Source: an uncultured Gammaproteobacteria bacterium (lineage in GTDB: Bacteria > Patescibacteriota > Microgenomatia > CAZETR01 > Amesbacteraceae). Taken from it: 64,000 nucleotides of DNA. The stretch spans positions 11,046-75,045 of the forward strand of contig CAZFGX010000001.1 of assembly GCA_964518565.1 (NCBI GenBank), written 5' to 3'. The notes under the pieces were generated by a model that did no database searches, was not told where the DNA came from, and was given only the letters and a program-made list of their open reading frames with translations. A program made the translations under genes and the position numbers. Positions 16,562 to 26,283 of this stretch are shown here, one piece after another. Numbering within the stretch: position 1 is the stretch's first letter; each line of letters begins with the position of its first letter.

Positions 16562-19474
16562 ATGTCTGAAAGTAAACTAAATTCAAAACAACTCGAAGCC
16601 ATTAATCATGCCACAGGTCCCTTGCTAGTAATTGCTGGAGCTGGTACAGGTAAAACCACTGTCATAACTCAGCGAGTAAGTAAATTAATTACTGACAAGT
16701 CGGCAACTGCCGAAGAAATTCTGTGTCTTACATTCACTGAAAAAGCTTCTCGAGAAATGGAAACCCGAATTGATCAAGCGTTGCCGTATGGCTATGGCCA
16801 GTTGTGGATCACCACGTTCCATTCATTTTGTGACCGTATCCTTAAGGATGAAGCATTAAACATTGGACTAGATCCGGGATATCGACTACTCTCAGACACT
16901 GACAGTATTACACTTGTTCAAAAAAATTTTTTTGAATTTAATCTGGAGTATTACAGACCTCTCGGAAATCCTCAAAAATTTATTAATGGAATGTTGCAAC
17001 ATATCAGCCGTTTAAATGATGAAGATATTACCTGGGAAGAGTATCAAAATTGGGCAAATAATGTATCAGATAATTTAGAAAAAAATCGCTATATTGAGTT
17101 AGCCAATTTTTACCGCGACTATCAACAACTTAAAATAAGCAAATCATTGTTTGATTTTTCTGATCTTATTTCATACACCTTAAAGCTTTTCAGAGATCGC
17201 CCAAATATCTTAAAAAAATATCAAGAAAAATTTAAATATATTCTTGTTGATGAATTTCAGGACACAAATTATGCCCAAAACCAATTAGTAAATCTCTTAG
17301 CCGGACAAACACAAAACCTAACAGTAGTCGCTGACGATGATCAAGCAATTTATAGATGGCGTGGGGCAGCCATTTCAAATGTGGTCCAGTTTAGAAATAT
17401 ATATCCAAATACAAAAGTAGTAGTGTTGAATCAAAATTATCGTTCTACACAAGAGATTCTTGATCGATCATACGATCTTATTCAGCATAACAACCCAGAT
17501 CGTTTAGAAATTACCGAAAAAATAGATAAACATTTATTATCAAATAAAAAAAATCAGGGTGAACGTATTGAGTTTCTTCACTTTACAAAAATCGACAACG
17601 AGGCGGACGGAGTAGTCAAAAAAATTCAAAGTCTAAAAGAAAAAAATCCAGAAACTCAGTACAAAGATATTGCAATATTAGTCCGGGCCAATGCTCATGC
17701 AGATCCATTTATTCGTTCGTTAGCAAGGGCCGATATACCACACCAATTTTTAGGCCCAACCAAACTATTTCACCAGCCAGAAATTAAAGACCTTATTGCC
17801 TACCTTACTATGGTAGAAAACTTTTCTGACAATTCTGCAGTATTTCGCGTGCTTTCTTCGCCTTTTTTTAATATCAGTGTCCGCGATTTAGCCTCAGTTT
17901 GTAATTATTCCAAAAAAGCCAACATCGACATTTTTGAAGCCTGTGAGATTTGTATCGGGATAAACCCACCACCGCCTTCTGCTGCAACTATTCCTCAGCT
18001 TCGTCCAGATACGAAAGATACCCTAAAACAAATTGTTGATATTACACACCACCATCTCGGGCAAAAAAATACCGATTCCGCAGCTCAAATACTTTTTGAC
18101 TTCCTTCAAAAAACCGGCATGTTCCAATCAATTGTCGACTATCGTGAACCATTCACACAGGATAAATCTCAGAATGTCATAAAATTTTTCGACAAGATTA
18201 AATCGTATGAAACAATTCATGCCAATGCCTATATTCCAGAAATCAATCAGTGGCTTCATTTAGCCAGTGAAATTGGCGAATCTCCACTTACTGGCGAGAC
18301 AGATTGGCAGGCTGAAGATGCAGTAAATATACTAACAATCCATTCTTCAAAAGGTCTAGAATTTCCAGTTGTATTTTTAGTCAACCTTGTATCTCAACGC
18401 TTTCCTTCAACTGCCCGGAAAGAACAAATCCCTATTCCTGACGAATTAATCAAAGAAATTCCTTCATCAGGTGATTTTCATCTTCAAGAAGAACGTAGGC
18501 TTATGTATGTGGGTATTACCCGAGCAAAAAATAAATTATTTCTCACCGCCTCAGATTTTTATGGCGACGGTAAACGAGCCAAAAAACTCTCTCCTTTTAT
18601 TCTCGAAACAATAGGCGAATCGGCTATTGAAGAGAGTAAAGTGGTTCAAACATCTCAATTATCTTTGCTCGACTATCAAACTCCAAAAAATTTCTCATCA
18701 AAAGTGTCGCAAGAAAAAATAAAAATAGATTACTTGAGTTATTCACAAATCCAAACATTTTTAGATTGTCCACTTCATTATAAATTAAAATATATCCTTA
18801 AGCTTCCAACACCCCCTTCAGCGGCATCTAGTTTTGGCACGACAATTCACGCAACTTTAAAAGAATTTTATTCCCAAAACGGACAGAAAAATATTTTAGA
18901 TATTTATAAAAAATTCTGGACTCAAGATGGGTATAACAACAAATCGCATGCAGAAAAATATTTTGCCAAAGGTGAAAAATATCTAACTCAATTTGTTCAA
19001 AATGAATACAATCCTCAAACAAACACCATCATGCTAGAAGAGCCGTTCACTACACCTTTAATTCCCCAAGATCGTTCTAGAATATTAAAAATTGGCGGAA
19101 AAATAGACAGAATTGATCTATTGGCCGATGGAACATTAGAAATTATTGATTACAAAACTTCAGAAAAATCAATGGAACAAAAAGCAGCAGACAACAGTCT
19201 ACAGCTTTCATTTTATGCTCTCGCAGCGTCGATACTAAAAACTCCACCATTTGGTATCGATATAAATAAAATCAAACTCTCGTTATATTATTTTGAAGAA
19301 CAAAAAAAAGTCTCCACTACTCGATCCATAGATCAACTAGAAGAAGCTAAGCAGCAAATTTTCTCATATGCGGACGCAATTGTAGAATCGGATTTCAAAT
19401 GTAGTGGTTCTCTATTGTGTAAAATGTGTGACTATAAATTATTATGTGATGTCGAAGCCAAAGATGAGAATTAG
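16562..19474 (+). CDS. UvrD/PcrA-type helicase fused to C-terminal PD-(D/E)xK nuclease (AddA/AdnB-like)
   Basis: AGAGTGKT, VDEFQD, TIHSSKGLEF, YVGITRA; SYSQ...GKIDRID...IIDYKT...QLSFY; terminal Cys cluster; start after TACAAT at 16550-16555. Confidence 0.92.
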   Translation: MSESKLNSKQLEAINHATGPLLVIAGAGTGKTTVITQRVSKLITDKSATAEEILCLTFTEKASREMETRIDQALPYGYGQLWITTFHSFCDRILKDEALNIGLDPGYRLLSDTDSITLVQKNFFEFNLEYYRPLGNPQKFINGMLQHISRLNDEDITWEEYQNWANNVSDNLEKNRYIELANFYRDYQQLKISKSLFDFSDLISYTLKLFRDRPNILKKYQEKFKYILVDEFQDTNYAQNQLVNLLAGQTQNLTVVADDDQAIYRWRGAAISNVVQFRNIYPNTKVVVLNQNYRSTQEILDRSYDLIQHNNPDRLEITEKIDKHLLSNKKNQGERIEFLHFTKIDNEADGVVKKIQSLKEKNPETQYKDIAILVRANAHADPFIRSLARADIPHQFLGPTKLFHQPEIKDLIAYLTMVENFSDNSAVFRVLSSPFFNISVRDLASVCNYSKKANIDIFEACEICIGINPPPPSAATIPQLRPDTKDTLKQIVDITHHHLGQKNTDSAAQILFDFLQKTGMFQSIVDYREPFTQDKSQNVIKFFDKIKSYETIHANAYIPEINQWLHLASEIGESPLTGETDWQAEDAVNILTIHSSKGLEFPVVFLVNLVSQRFPSTARKEQIPIPDELIKEIPSSGDFHLQEERRLMYVGITRAKNKLFLTASDFYGDGKRAKKLSPFILETIGESAIEESKVVQTSQLSLLDYQTPKNFSSKVSQEKIKIDYLSYSQIQTFLDCPLHYKLKYILKLPTPPSAASSFGTTIHATLKEFYSQNGQKNILDIYKKFWTQDGYNNKSHAEKYFAKGEKYLTQFVQNEYNPQTNTIMLEEPFTTPLIPQDRSRILKIGGKIDRIDLLADGTLEIIDYKTSEKSMEQKAADNSLQLSFYALAASILKTPPFGIDINKIKLSLYYFEEQKKVSTTRSIDQLEEAKQQIFSYADAIVESDFKCSGSLLCKMCDYKLLCDVEAKDEN

Positions 19475-20328
19475 TTGCCAAAAATATCTCGTAAGCTCCA
19501 CCGAGTAAAACTTCCAGGATACGAAACAATTTCTCCCCGAAATCGCTCCTTAAAGTAAGAAAACCCTTTCCATGCATGGTTTGGCCATCTAGGATCAAAA
19601 ATTCCTTCAAAATCCCACACCTTCGCCCCTCGTTTTTTTGCTTCCTTCATTGCTTCCCAGATCAATAAATATGGTGTGTTTTGACGTTTTGCATTTTCCA
19701 AAGTCGCACCATAAAAATAACTGGCAAGTGATCCATTCAACAAGACCAAGCATCCACATGTTCGATCGATTGTCATACAAAAACAGTCAGCCCCAAAAGC
19801 CCTTACGAGAGCATCATATTGATTTCGTGGTGGCATCCAAATTTTTTTTACCGAAAATGCTTTCTTAAAAATTGAGTAAAATTCATCATGATTATTAATC
19901 TCAATCGCATGTGTCTCCTTTTCTAATTTTCGTAATTTGTATCTAGTATCCTCTCCCAATCCTTTTAATCGCTCAGATAGTTCAGGTTGTAAATCCACCA
20001 TCATGGTTTTTGTTCCTAGCATTGGCCAGCTATCTTGTCGGAAACCCATTTCTTGCAACCTCTGTAGTTCTTCTTTTTCAACACCCAGGCCCGGCTCAAT
20101 CTTGCACATCATAACCCGGTGTTGACGAAGTATCTTCATTAGCTTCTCTTTGTCAATCGAAGAATCAAACCGTTGAATTTTTGCAATATTACCAGGCCAA
20201 AGTTTACGAAGAAATATTTGCACACCCTCAACATGTAAGGTCTGCCAACCTATCGTTTGCATAAAAGACCCGTACATACTGGTTTGACGAATATCTAATC
20301 CTTGAGCTATATGTGTCGCAATTTCCAT
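19471..20328 (-). CDS. FemAB/FemX-like peptidoglycan bridge aminoacyltransferase (start uncertain)
   Basis: DIRQT, YLLIWEAM, WDFEGI, GFSYFKERF. Confidence 0.8.
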   Translation of the reverse strand: MEIATHIAQGLDIRQTSMYGSFMQTIGWQTLHVEGVQIFLRKLWPGNIAKIQRFDSSIDKEKLMKILRQHRVMMCKIEPGLGVEKEELQRLQEMGFRQDSWPMLGTKTMMVDLQPELSERLKGLGEDTRYKLRKLEKETHAIEINNHDEFYSIFKKAFSVKKIWMPPRNQYDALVRAFGADCFCMTIDRTCGCLVLLNGSLASYFYGATLENAKRQNTPYLLIWEAMKEAKKRGAKVWDFEGIFDPRWPNHAWKGFSYFKERFRGEIVSYPGSFTRWSLRDIFGN

Positions 20329-21242
20329 CGTAATTCTTCAACGGTTCGAAATAATGGATAAATTAAAGATAATATTGGCAAATCAAAGCTGCCTAATAGT
20401 TTTATTTTATTCGCTCCAAATTTCTCTTTAAATTGTCCAAAGCCCGTTCCTGGTTCATTTCCCCACAAGTCAAAAATTTTTACTCCATTTTTTTGTAACT
20501 TTAGAGCGATTTCCCACAATAATAATGTCGATGCCATGACTTCTCTATGTTCCAACGAGTTTCCGCCATATGCATAATATGCCCAATTTTTATGAATAAA
20601 TACCATCGCCGACGCAATGATCTCATCTTTAAATTTTGCAAAAAAAAGTCTTGGATGTAATGTTGCCCACAATTGTCGATGATACTCAGCTGTATGAAAT
20701 CGTACCCCTTGGCGTTTTGCTGTCTCAAGTAATAGTTGAATATGAGTCTCCAAGCCTTCAGCTGATCCGTCTTCATAAACAATTACTCCGTGTCGTTTTG
20801 CTACTTTAATATTATATCTGCCTTTAGGATGCATGGTTGAGAGCATATTTGTCTCAGATTGTTCCAGATTCCACCACAAACTCTCTGGTTTAAACAGTCC
20901 ACGAGATTTGCAAAATGCCCCCGGCATAAATCCAGATTGAGACAATGGTTCCATGCGAATAAAAATCGCCTTACGCTTTCTACCCAAAGTCTTCAACACT
21001 TCAACATCTTCAGGCTGCGGTACTACACCCATTGGAACATATCCAATTGTCCATATCCCGATTTGAGTCCAAATAACCAAATATCCTCGAACCAATCGAT
21101 CTTTCTCAAAAACACCTAATCTACTAATATGTTGCCGATGATTGCGAAACTCACCCCACGCCCAAGTTTGCATCGGGTGTCCAGCCAAATCATCCCACGC
21201 CGTCTTATCAAAATCTGTGACTTCTCGAAACTCCATAAACAA
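20307..21242 (-). CDS. FemAB/FemX-like peptidoglycan bridge aminoacyltransferase
   Basis: HPMQTWAWGEF, RYNIKVAKRHGV, YYAYGG, FDLWG, FKEKFG. Confidence 0.88.
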   Translation of the reverse strand: MFMEFREVTDFDKTAWDDLAGHPMQTWAWGEFRNHRQHISRLGVFEKDRLVRGYLVIWTQIGIWTIGYVPMGVVPQPEDVEVLKTLGRKRKAIFIRMEPLSQSGFMPGAFCKSRGLFKPESLWWNLEQSETNMLSTMHPKGRYNIKVAKRHGVIVYEDGSAEGLETHIQLLLETAKRQGVRFHTAEYHRQLWATLHPRLFFAKFKDEIIASAMVFIHKNWAYYAYGGNSLEHREVMASTLLLWEIALKLQKNGVKIFDLWGNEPGTGFGQFKEKFGANKIKLLGSFDLPILSLIYPLFRTVEELRWKLRHI

Positions 21243-21260
21243 ATTATAACGTCTAATTGA

Positions 21261-23138
21261 TCAATCAGGCTTCCATTTCCAGTTTCCCTCAGCATCAAAT
21301 CCCCACTGTTGATCAAGCTCTCCAAAGGGTCGTTGCTGTCTAATTCTCGAATTTGCTTTTGTGGATCCAGAAGAGACGATTAGCTCTTCAGGAATATCGC
21401 CCAAAAATCGAGAGACCATATTAGTACTTCTGGTTCCAAAGTAAAGTCTTCTAAGTGCATATGACACATACAAGCGTTTCATTGCCCGAGTAATACCTAC
21501 ATACGCTAGTCGCCGCTCCTCTTCCATTTGCTCGCTATCCATCAAAGATCGGGAATGTGGGAATATTCCTTCCTCCATTCCGACCAAAAACACAATTGGG
21601 AATTCCAATCCTTTTGCCGCATGCAAGGTCATCAGTGTCACCACTCCATCACCATCATAACGAGAATGCAAAGTCCGCGAAGCCTCCTTCTCTGTCAATG
21701 AGATATTTTCCAAAAAGTCTGCCAAAACTGGAAATTCAGCAGCCACACTCCGTAATTCTTTTATGTTCTCAAGTCTCGCTGCATCTTCTTCGTCATGCTC
21801 TTGAAAAAGATCTAAATATCCTGTCACTCGTAAAACCTCATCTAGTAATTGCAAGGTATTTAAAGAGTCATAAACAATCTTTGCATTTAATAAATGTGCG
21901 AGTCGAGTCTTTCCATTTTTCTCCGCTCTTTTTCTAGACACTTCATCTTCTGGATGAATTAATATTCGTAAATAAGCTAAGATATCTTTTATCTCTTTTC
22001 GTTCATAAAATCGCACCCCGCCAACCAGGGAATAAGGGATGCCGGCGTGTAAAAATGCTTCTTCAAATACACGCGATTGTGCATTGGTTCGATAAAGTAC
22101 CGCATAGTCGGAATAAGAGCCTTGTCGTACAGTTTCGACAATAAATCGTGCTTCATCTAGTTCACTTTCCGCTTCAAAAATTTGTATCTTCTCACCTGGA
22201 CCCTGGTCAGTCCATAATTTTAAAATTGGATGGTTTTTATTCTTAGCAATGACTCGATTTGCTGCCTGAAGAATTGTTTGGGTTGATCGATAATTTTGTT
22301 CGAGATAAATAGTAGTCAAGGTTGGGAAATCTTGTTTCAGTAGCAATAAATTTCGATAATCTGCACCTCGCCATGAATAAATTGCCTGGGACGCATCACC
22401 AACAACCGTAAGTTGTTCCGAATTTCCAGCCAAAATTTTTGTGATTTCATATTGAGCTTTGTTGGTATCTTGATATTCATCCACTAAAACATAACGATAA
22501 GTATTCCAGATTCGTTGTCGAACGGTTTCGTTGGTTTTTAAAAGTTTTACTGTCTCAACTAATAAATCGTCAAAATCCATTGCTTTATATTTCCGCAACA
22601 GCTGTTGATATCCTAAATAAACACGCGAAACCGTTTCCTGAAAGTTTCCACGGGCATAACTTGCATATTCGTGTGTTGCAACCAGTTCATTTTTTGCTCC
22701 GGATATTGCTGCCAATATAGATTGAGGCTTTACAGCCTTAGCATCTACACCTAAAACCTCCATCGCTCGCTTAATAGTGTCGATCTGATCACTTGGGTCA
22801 AAAATTACAAATTGTGGATCTAGTCCTGCCTCTTCCGCAAAACGTCTCAATACTCTAGCGCAAAAACTATGATAAGTTCCAGACTGTCCAGCAAACCGCT
22901 TGCCTAAAATATGTCCCACTCGCTTTGTCATTTCTCCAGCGGCTTTGTTAGTAAATGTCATAAGTAAAATATTTTCCGGGGCAATGTCATGCTTCTCCAT
23001 CAAATAAGCAACTCGATGAGTCAGAACCTTTGTTTTGCCTGAACCTGCGCCAGCCAAAATAAGTAATGGTGTGCCAAAATGCATAACCGCTTCTTGTTGG
23101 TCAGGGTTCAGGCCTTGTAAAATCAAATCAATCTTCAT
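21261..23138 (-). CDS. pcrA: ATP-dependent DNA helicase PcrA/UvrD
   Basis: GLNPDQ, AGAGSGKT, VDEYQDTN, NYRST, TLHAAKGLEF, YVGITRA. Confidence 0.95.
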   Translation of the reverse strand: MKIDLILQGLNPDQQEAVMHFGTPLLILAGAGSGKTKVLTHRVAYLMEKHDIAPENILLMTFTNKAAGEMTKRVGHILGKRFAGQSGTYHSFCARVLRRFAEEAGLDPQFVIFDPSDQIDTIKRAMEVLGVDAKAVKPQSILAAISGAKNELVATHEYASYARGNFQETVSRVYLGYQQLLRKYKAMDFDDLLVETVKLLKTNETVRQRIWNTYRYVLVDEYQDTNKAQYEITKILAGNSEQLTVVGDASQAIYSWRGADYRNLLLLKQDFPTLTTIYLEQNYRSTQTILQAANRVIAKNKNHPILKLWTDQGPGEKIQIFEAESELDEARFIVETVRQGSYSDYAVLYRTNAQSRVFEEAFLHAGIPYSLVGGVRFYERKEIKDILAYLRILIHPEDEVSRKRAEKNGKTRLAHLLNAKIVYDSLNTLQLLDEVLRVTGYLDLFQEHDEEDAARLENIKELRSVAAEFPVLADFLENISLTEKEASRTLHSRYDGDGVVTLMTLHAAKGLEFPIVFLVGMEEGIFPHSRSLMDSEQMEEERRLAYVGITRAMKRLYVSYALRRLYFGTRSTNMVSRFLGDIPEELIVSSGSTKANSRIRQQRPFGELDQQWGFDAEGNWKWKPD

Positions 23139-24201
23139 GAAGTATATGCAGCATACCAGATTTGCCCTGCTCTTCAATCGTCTAAAACGCCGTTTTTTTT
23201 CGCGTACACATTTAGCACGAGTGGTCTCATTAGGCTTAGGCCTTTTTTTATTAGCACTTACATTTTTTTTCCTCACCAAGGCTATTGAAGAAATAAATCA
23301 GTTTAAATCAAAAAATATCGAGCAATCAAATGGTCAAACAAATATTCTTATTCTTGGAGTTGGAGGTCAAAATCATGATGGACCAGATCTAACTGATACG
23401 ATCATCGTGGCCTCGTTTAGTCATGTTTCGCAAAAGATCACTTTACTATCAGTGCCTCGAGATATCTGGATCCCAACACTCAATGCCAAGATAAATAGTG
23501 TTTATCATTATGGAGAAACAGTTCAAACTGGTGGGGGACTTCTACTGACAAAATCAGCAATTTCTCAAATAATCGATCAGCCAATTCATTATGCCATTAT
23601 GATAGATTTTTCCTTATTTCAGAAATCAATTGATTTGCTCGATGGAATCGATGTTACAGTAGACTTTGGATTTACAGACAACGACTATCCTATTGCTGGC
23701 AAAGAAAATGATACATGTGGTAATGATCCTCAAGCTCGGTGTCGATATGAAACAATTACTTTCGCGCCTGGTCTACAGCATATGGACGGTACGACTGCCT
23801 TAAAATTTGTCCGCTCACGTCATGCCCAGGGTGACCAGGGGACAGACTTTGCTCGTAGTCAGCGTCAAGAAAAAGTAATCGCTGCATTCAAGCAAAAATT
23901 ACTTTCACTATCTGTGACTTCTCATCCAAAACTCTATTACCAACTTTATGAACAAATTACTCAGTCGATTCATACAGATTTTCCTCGAGACATGTATCCA
24001 AAGGCTATGTTTTTTGGTCTTAAGTCTCGAAGCTGGCCAATTCATTCATATACACTTTCTACACCTGACCAGCTCTCTCACCCCCCAATCTCTCCAGAGT
24101 ATTTAAATCAATGGGTTCTAATTCCTAAAGATAACCGTCCAGAAAATATAACCAACTACGTTAAAAATATTTTTACTTCACCTGATACACAGTCACACTA
24201 G
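23137..24201 (+). CDS. LCP (LytR-CpsA-Psr) family protein (start 23137 or 23146)
   Basis: TM anchor, NILILG, LTDTI, SVPRD, KINS, FVRSRH, DFARSQRQ. Confidence 0.92.
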   Translation: MKYMQHTRFALLFNRLKRRFFSRTHLARVVSLGLGLFLLALTFFFLTKAIEEINQFKSKNIEQSNGQTNILILGVGGQNHDGPDLTDTIIVASFSHVSQKITLLSVPRDIWIPTLNAKINSVYHYGETVQTGGGLLLTKSAISQIIDQPIHYAIMIDFSLFQKSIDLLDGIDVTVDFGFTDNDYPIAGKENDTCGNDPQARCRYETITFAPGLQHMDGTTALKFVRSRHAQGDQGTDFARSQRQEKVIAAFKQKLLSLSVTSHPKLYYQLYEQITQSIHTDFPRDMYPKAMFFGLKSRSWPIHSYTLSTPDQLSHPPISPEYLNQWVLIPKDNRPENITNYVKNIFTSPDTQSH

Positions 24202-26266
24202 GGCGCCAAAACACTTGTTCGCCCAACTGTTTCATTACTATATCTTGCATAAGTGGATATTTCTGCCGTTCTAAATCACCAACAACCAAATATTTCACAC
24301 GGTATTGTCGCAAAAGCGCCAAGGCCATATTTGAATCCGTTGCTTCGTAGATCTGTCGTACATGTTCCACTCTTGCGGCAATCGGCTCATAACCCCCTCG
24401 CCATAGCCACTCATGAACCAGCCATCCAGCAACAGTAGGCGAACCGCTAAACGTCGAGATCTGATTAAAATCAGTATAACTATCTCCAGAAGCCTCAAGG
24501 ATGCTTACAGGCATAGTAGTATTTTGGGTTTTTAACCACGAAATCACCTCAAAATTATCTGGATACTTTTCCTGTAACCAATTCAATCCGTATAAACCTT
24601 TGTAATTAGACCAGTTTAGTACTCCAAAATAAGATTTAACGCTAAATATAGGATAAATAACCACCAAGTAGAGGAGTGGAAGTAGTCCAATTGTAAAAAG
24701 CACTCTTTTTACCGAACGAAATGAAATCAATTTTACTACTGCATATCCTGACCAAATACCCAGAAGCATAAATGCCTGATAGCCAAGCTTAAACATAGTA
24801 TTGCTCCGAAAATGTTGAGGGTATATATCTTTGAAATAAAAAAATTCAGAAAAGAAAATTAATCCTGTACAAATAAACAAAAACATTCCAAATATCATTG
24901 CTCGTTGTTTATCAAAATTGCGTATCAAAAATAAAAGTGCAACACAACAATAAAAAAAGAAACCCCACAATACAAACATCATCCACAATGGGGAGTGTTG
25001 GCATTTTTCTACACCTTCAAACAACAATGGTCCAATCTTATGGTTTGCCAGAGATGTTGGTGGACAATTTATTGCCAATCCTGAAACAAAAGAATGAAAA
25101 TGTGCAGTAAAAGGCCATGTAGTAATCAAAAAAGCCGTGACCAAGAAGAGTATTGCAAATATAAGTTCTCGGATCGATCTTCCTCGATCAAAAAAAACCA
25201 TTAATCCAAACAAAAGCAAAAAACTTACCAGGTATATAGGACCATCCAGAGCGTTGGTCATAAACATCACTCCACACAACCAACCAAAAAAAGTTGTTTC
25301 AATGAGTGTAGGTTTACGCTTTTGAATAAAAAACCGATCAATTAAAAATCCAATACTCACCAGCGCCAGTGGAATATCCAATACATGACCATGAATATCC
25401 GATACAACAAAAGAATAGCTTGGGAATTCATGAATCGTATAAGGAATAAAGCGCGTAGCATTTGGATACCAATAGCTATTCCAAGAATTTACTCTTGTGG
25501 TAGTCTCAAATGGATTAATCAAAATTTGCCAAAAAGGTATGGGATTATCCTCCTGCCCCGAATAGCCAGAAGTGTAGGAATAAACAGTATGTAAGTTTCC
25601 ACCTAGGCTCACAAGATAAGCTACGAAAATCGCCGCCAAAAGCTTAACACCCATTCTTCGTGCAATACAAAAACTAAAACAAAAACACAAACTAAATAGC
25701 GTTGCCAACATCAAATTAAACGTGACTCCCAGTTCAAGTCCAGAAAGTTGAGTAAATACAGCCAAAATAAAATGTCCAAAATAATAATAATTGACAGTTT
25801 CACCCGAGTACCACATGTCGGCAGGTGGCATATACTTCGAATGTAAAATCGAATTAGTAATTCCAAAATCCATAAACTTTTCCAAGCCATTAATAGTGGG
25901 TTCGTGTCCTTTTACATAAGCCCAGCCGCAAACGAGAAAAAGAAACAAAAACTCTTCGGCTATAATTTTTTTCCAATTCATGCGTAGATAACCAGATCTT
26001 TTCGCTCCTCGATTAACCATCCAACCAACACCCAGCAAAACCAAACTTGACACAATAAATGCTTCAGTGCCAAATGGTAAAATTTTACAAACCGATAAGA
26101 CTAAAACCCCAAAACTTACCCCAGCAGCACCTAATATTTTTGCGAATAAATATCCTCTGTCTTCCCATTCAGAAAAAAAGCGTTGAGCCAGTGGCCAGAC
26201 TATCCACCCCAAAGCTGACCATACTAAACACCAGCGCAAAACCAGCAACAAATCATTCCAAAACAT
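24173..26266 (-). CDS. DUF2298 / YYY-motif polytopic membrane protein (GT-C-like)
   Basis: EKFMD, PPADMW, NYYYFGH, IHEFP, DIHGH, NTMFK. Confidence 0.88.
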   Translation of the reverse strand: MFWNDLLLVLRWCLVWSALGWIVWPLAQRFFSEWEDRGYLFAKILGAAGVSFGVLVLSVCKILPFGTEAFIVSSLVLLGVGWMVNRGAKRSGYLRMNWKKIIAEEFLFLFLVCGWAYVKGHEPTINGLEKFMDFGITNSILHSKYMPPADMWYSGETVNYYYFGHFILAVFTQLSGLELGVTFNLMLATLFSLCFCFSFCIARRMGVKLLAAIFVAYLVSLGGNLHTVYSYTSGYSGQEDNPIPFWQILINPFETTTRVNSWNSYWYPNATRFIPYTIHEFPSYSFVVSDIHGHVLDIPLALVSIGFLIDRFFIQKRKPTLIETTFFGWLCGVMFMTNALDGPIYLVSFLLLFGLMVFFDRGRSIRELIFAILFLVTAFLITTWPFTAHFHSFVSGLAINCPPTSLANHKIGPLLFEGVEKCQHSPLWMMFVLWGFFFYCCVALLFLIRNFDKQRAMIFGMFLFICTGLIFFSEFFYFKDIYPQHFRSNTMFKLGYQAFMLLGIWSGYAVVKLISFRSVKRVLFTIGLLPLLYLVVIYPIFSVKSYFGVLNWSNYKGLYGLNWLQEKYPDNFEVISWLKTQNTTMPVSILEASGDSYTDFNQISTFSGSPTVAGWLVHEWLWRGGYEPIAARVEHVRQIYEATDSNMALALLRQYRVKYLVVGDLERQKYPLMQDIVMKQLGEQVFWRPSVTVYQVK

Positions 26267-26283
26267 ATAATGACTATTATATG
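26264..26283. promoter_or_regulatory. Symmetric bidirectional promoter containing both start codons
   Basis: CATATAAT-GACT-ATTATATG; TATAAT on each strand 9 nt before the respective ATG. Confidence 0.65.

Noticed and set aside
23139-23279. N-terminal extension of pcrA in the ORF track (likewise 16436, 26059, 27753, 34891, 43010, 48243, 56862 starts)
   Set aside because: Extensions overlap neighbouring genes; family motifs and -10 boxes support later starts.
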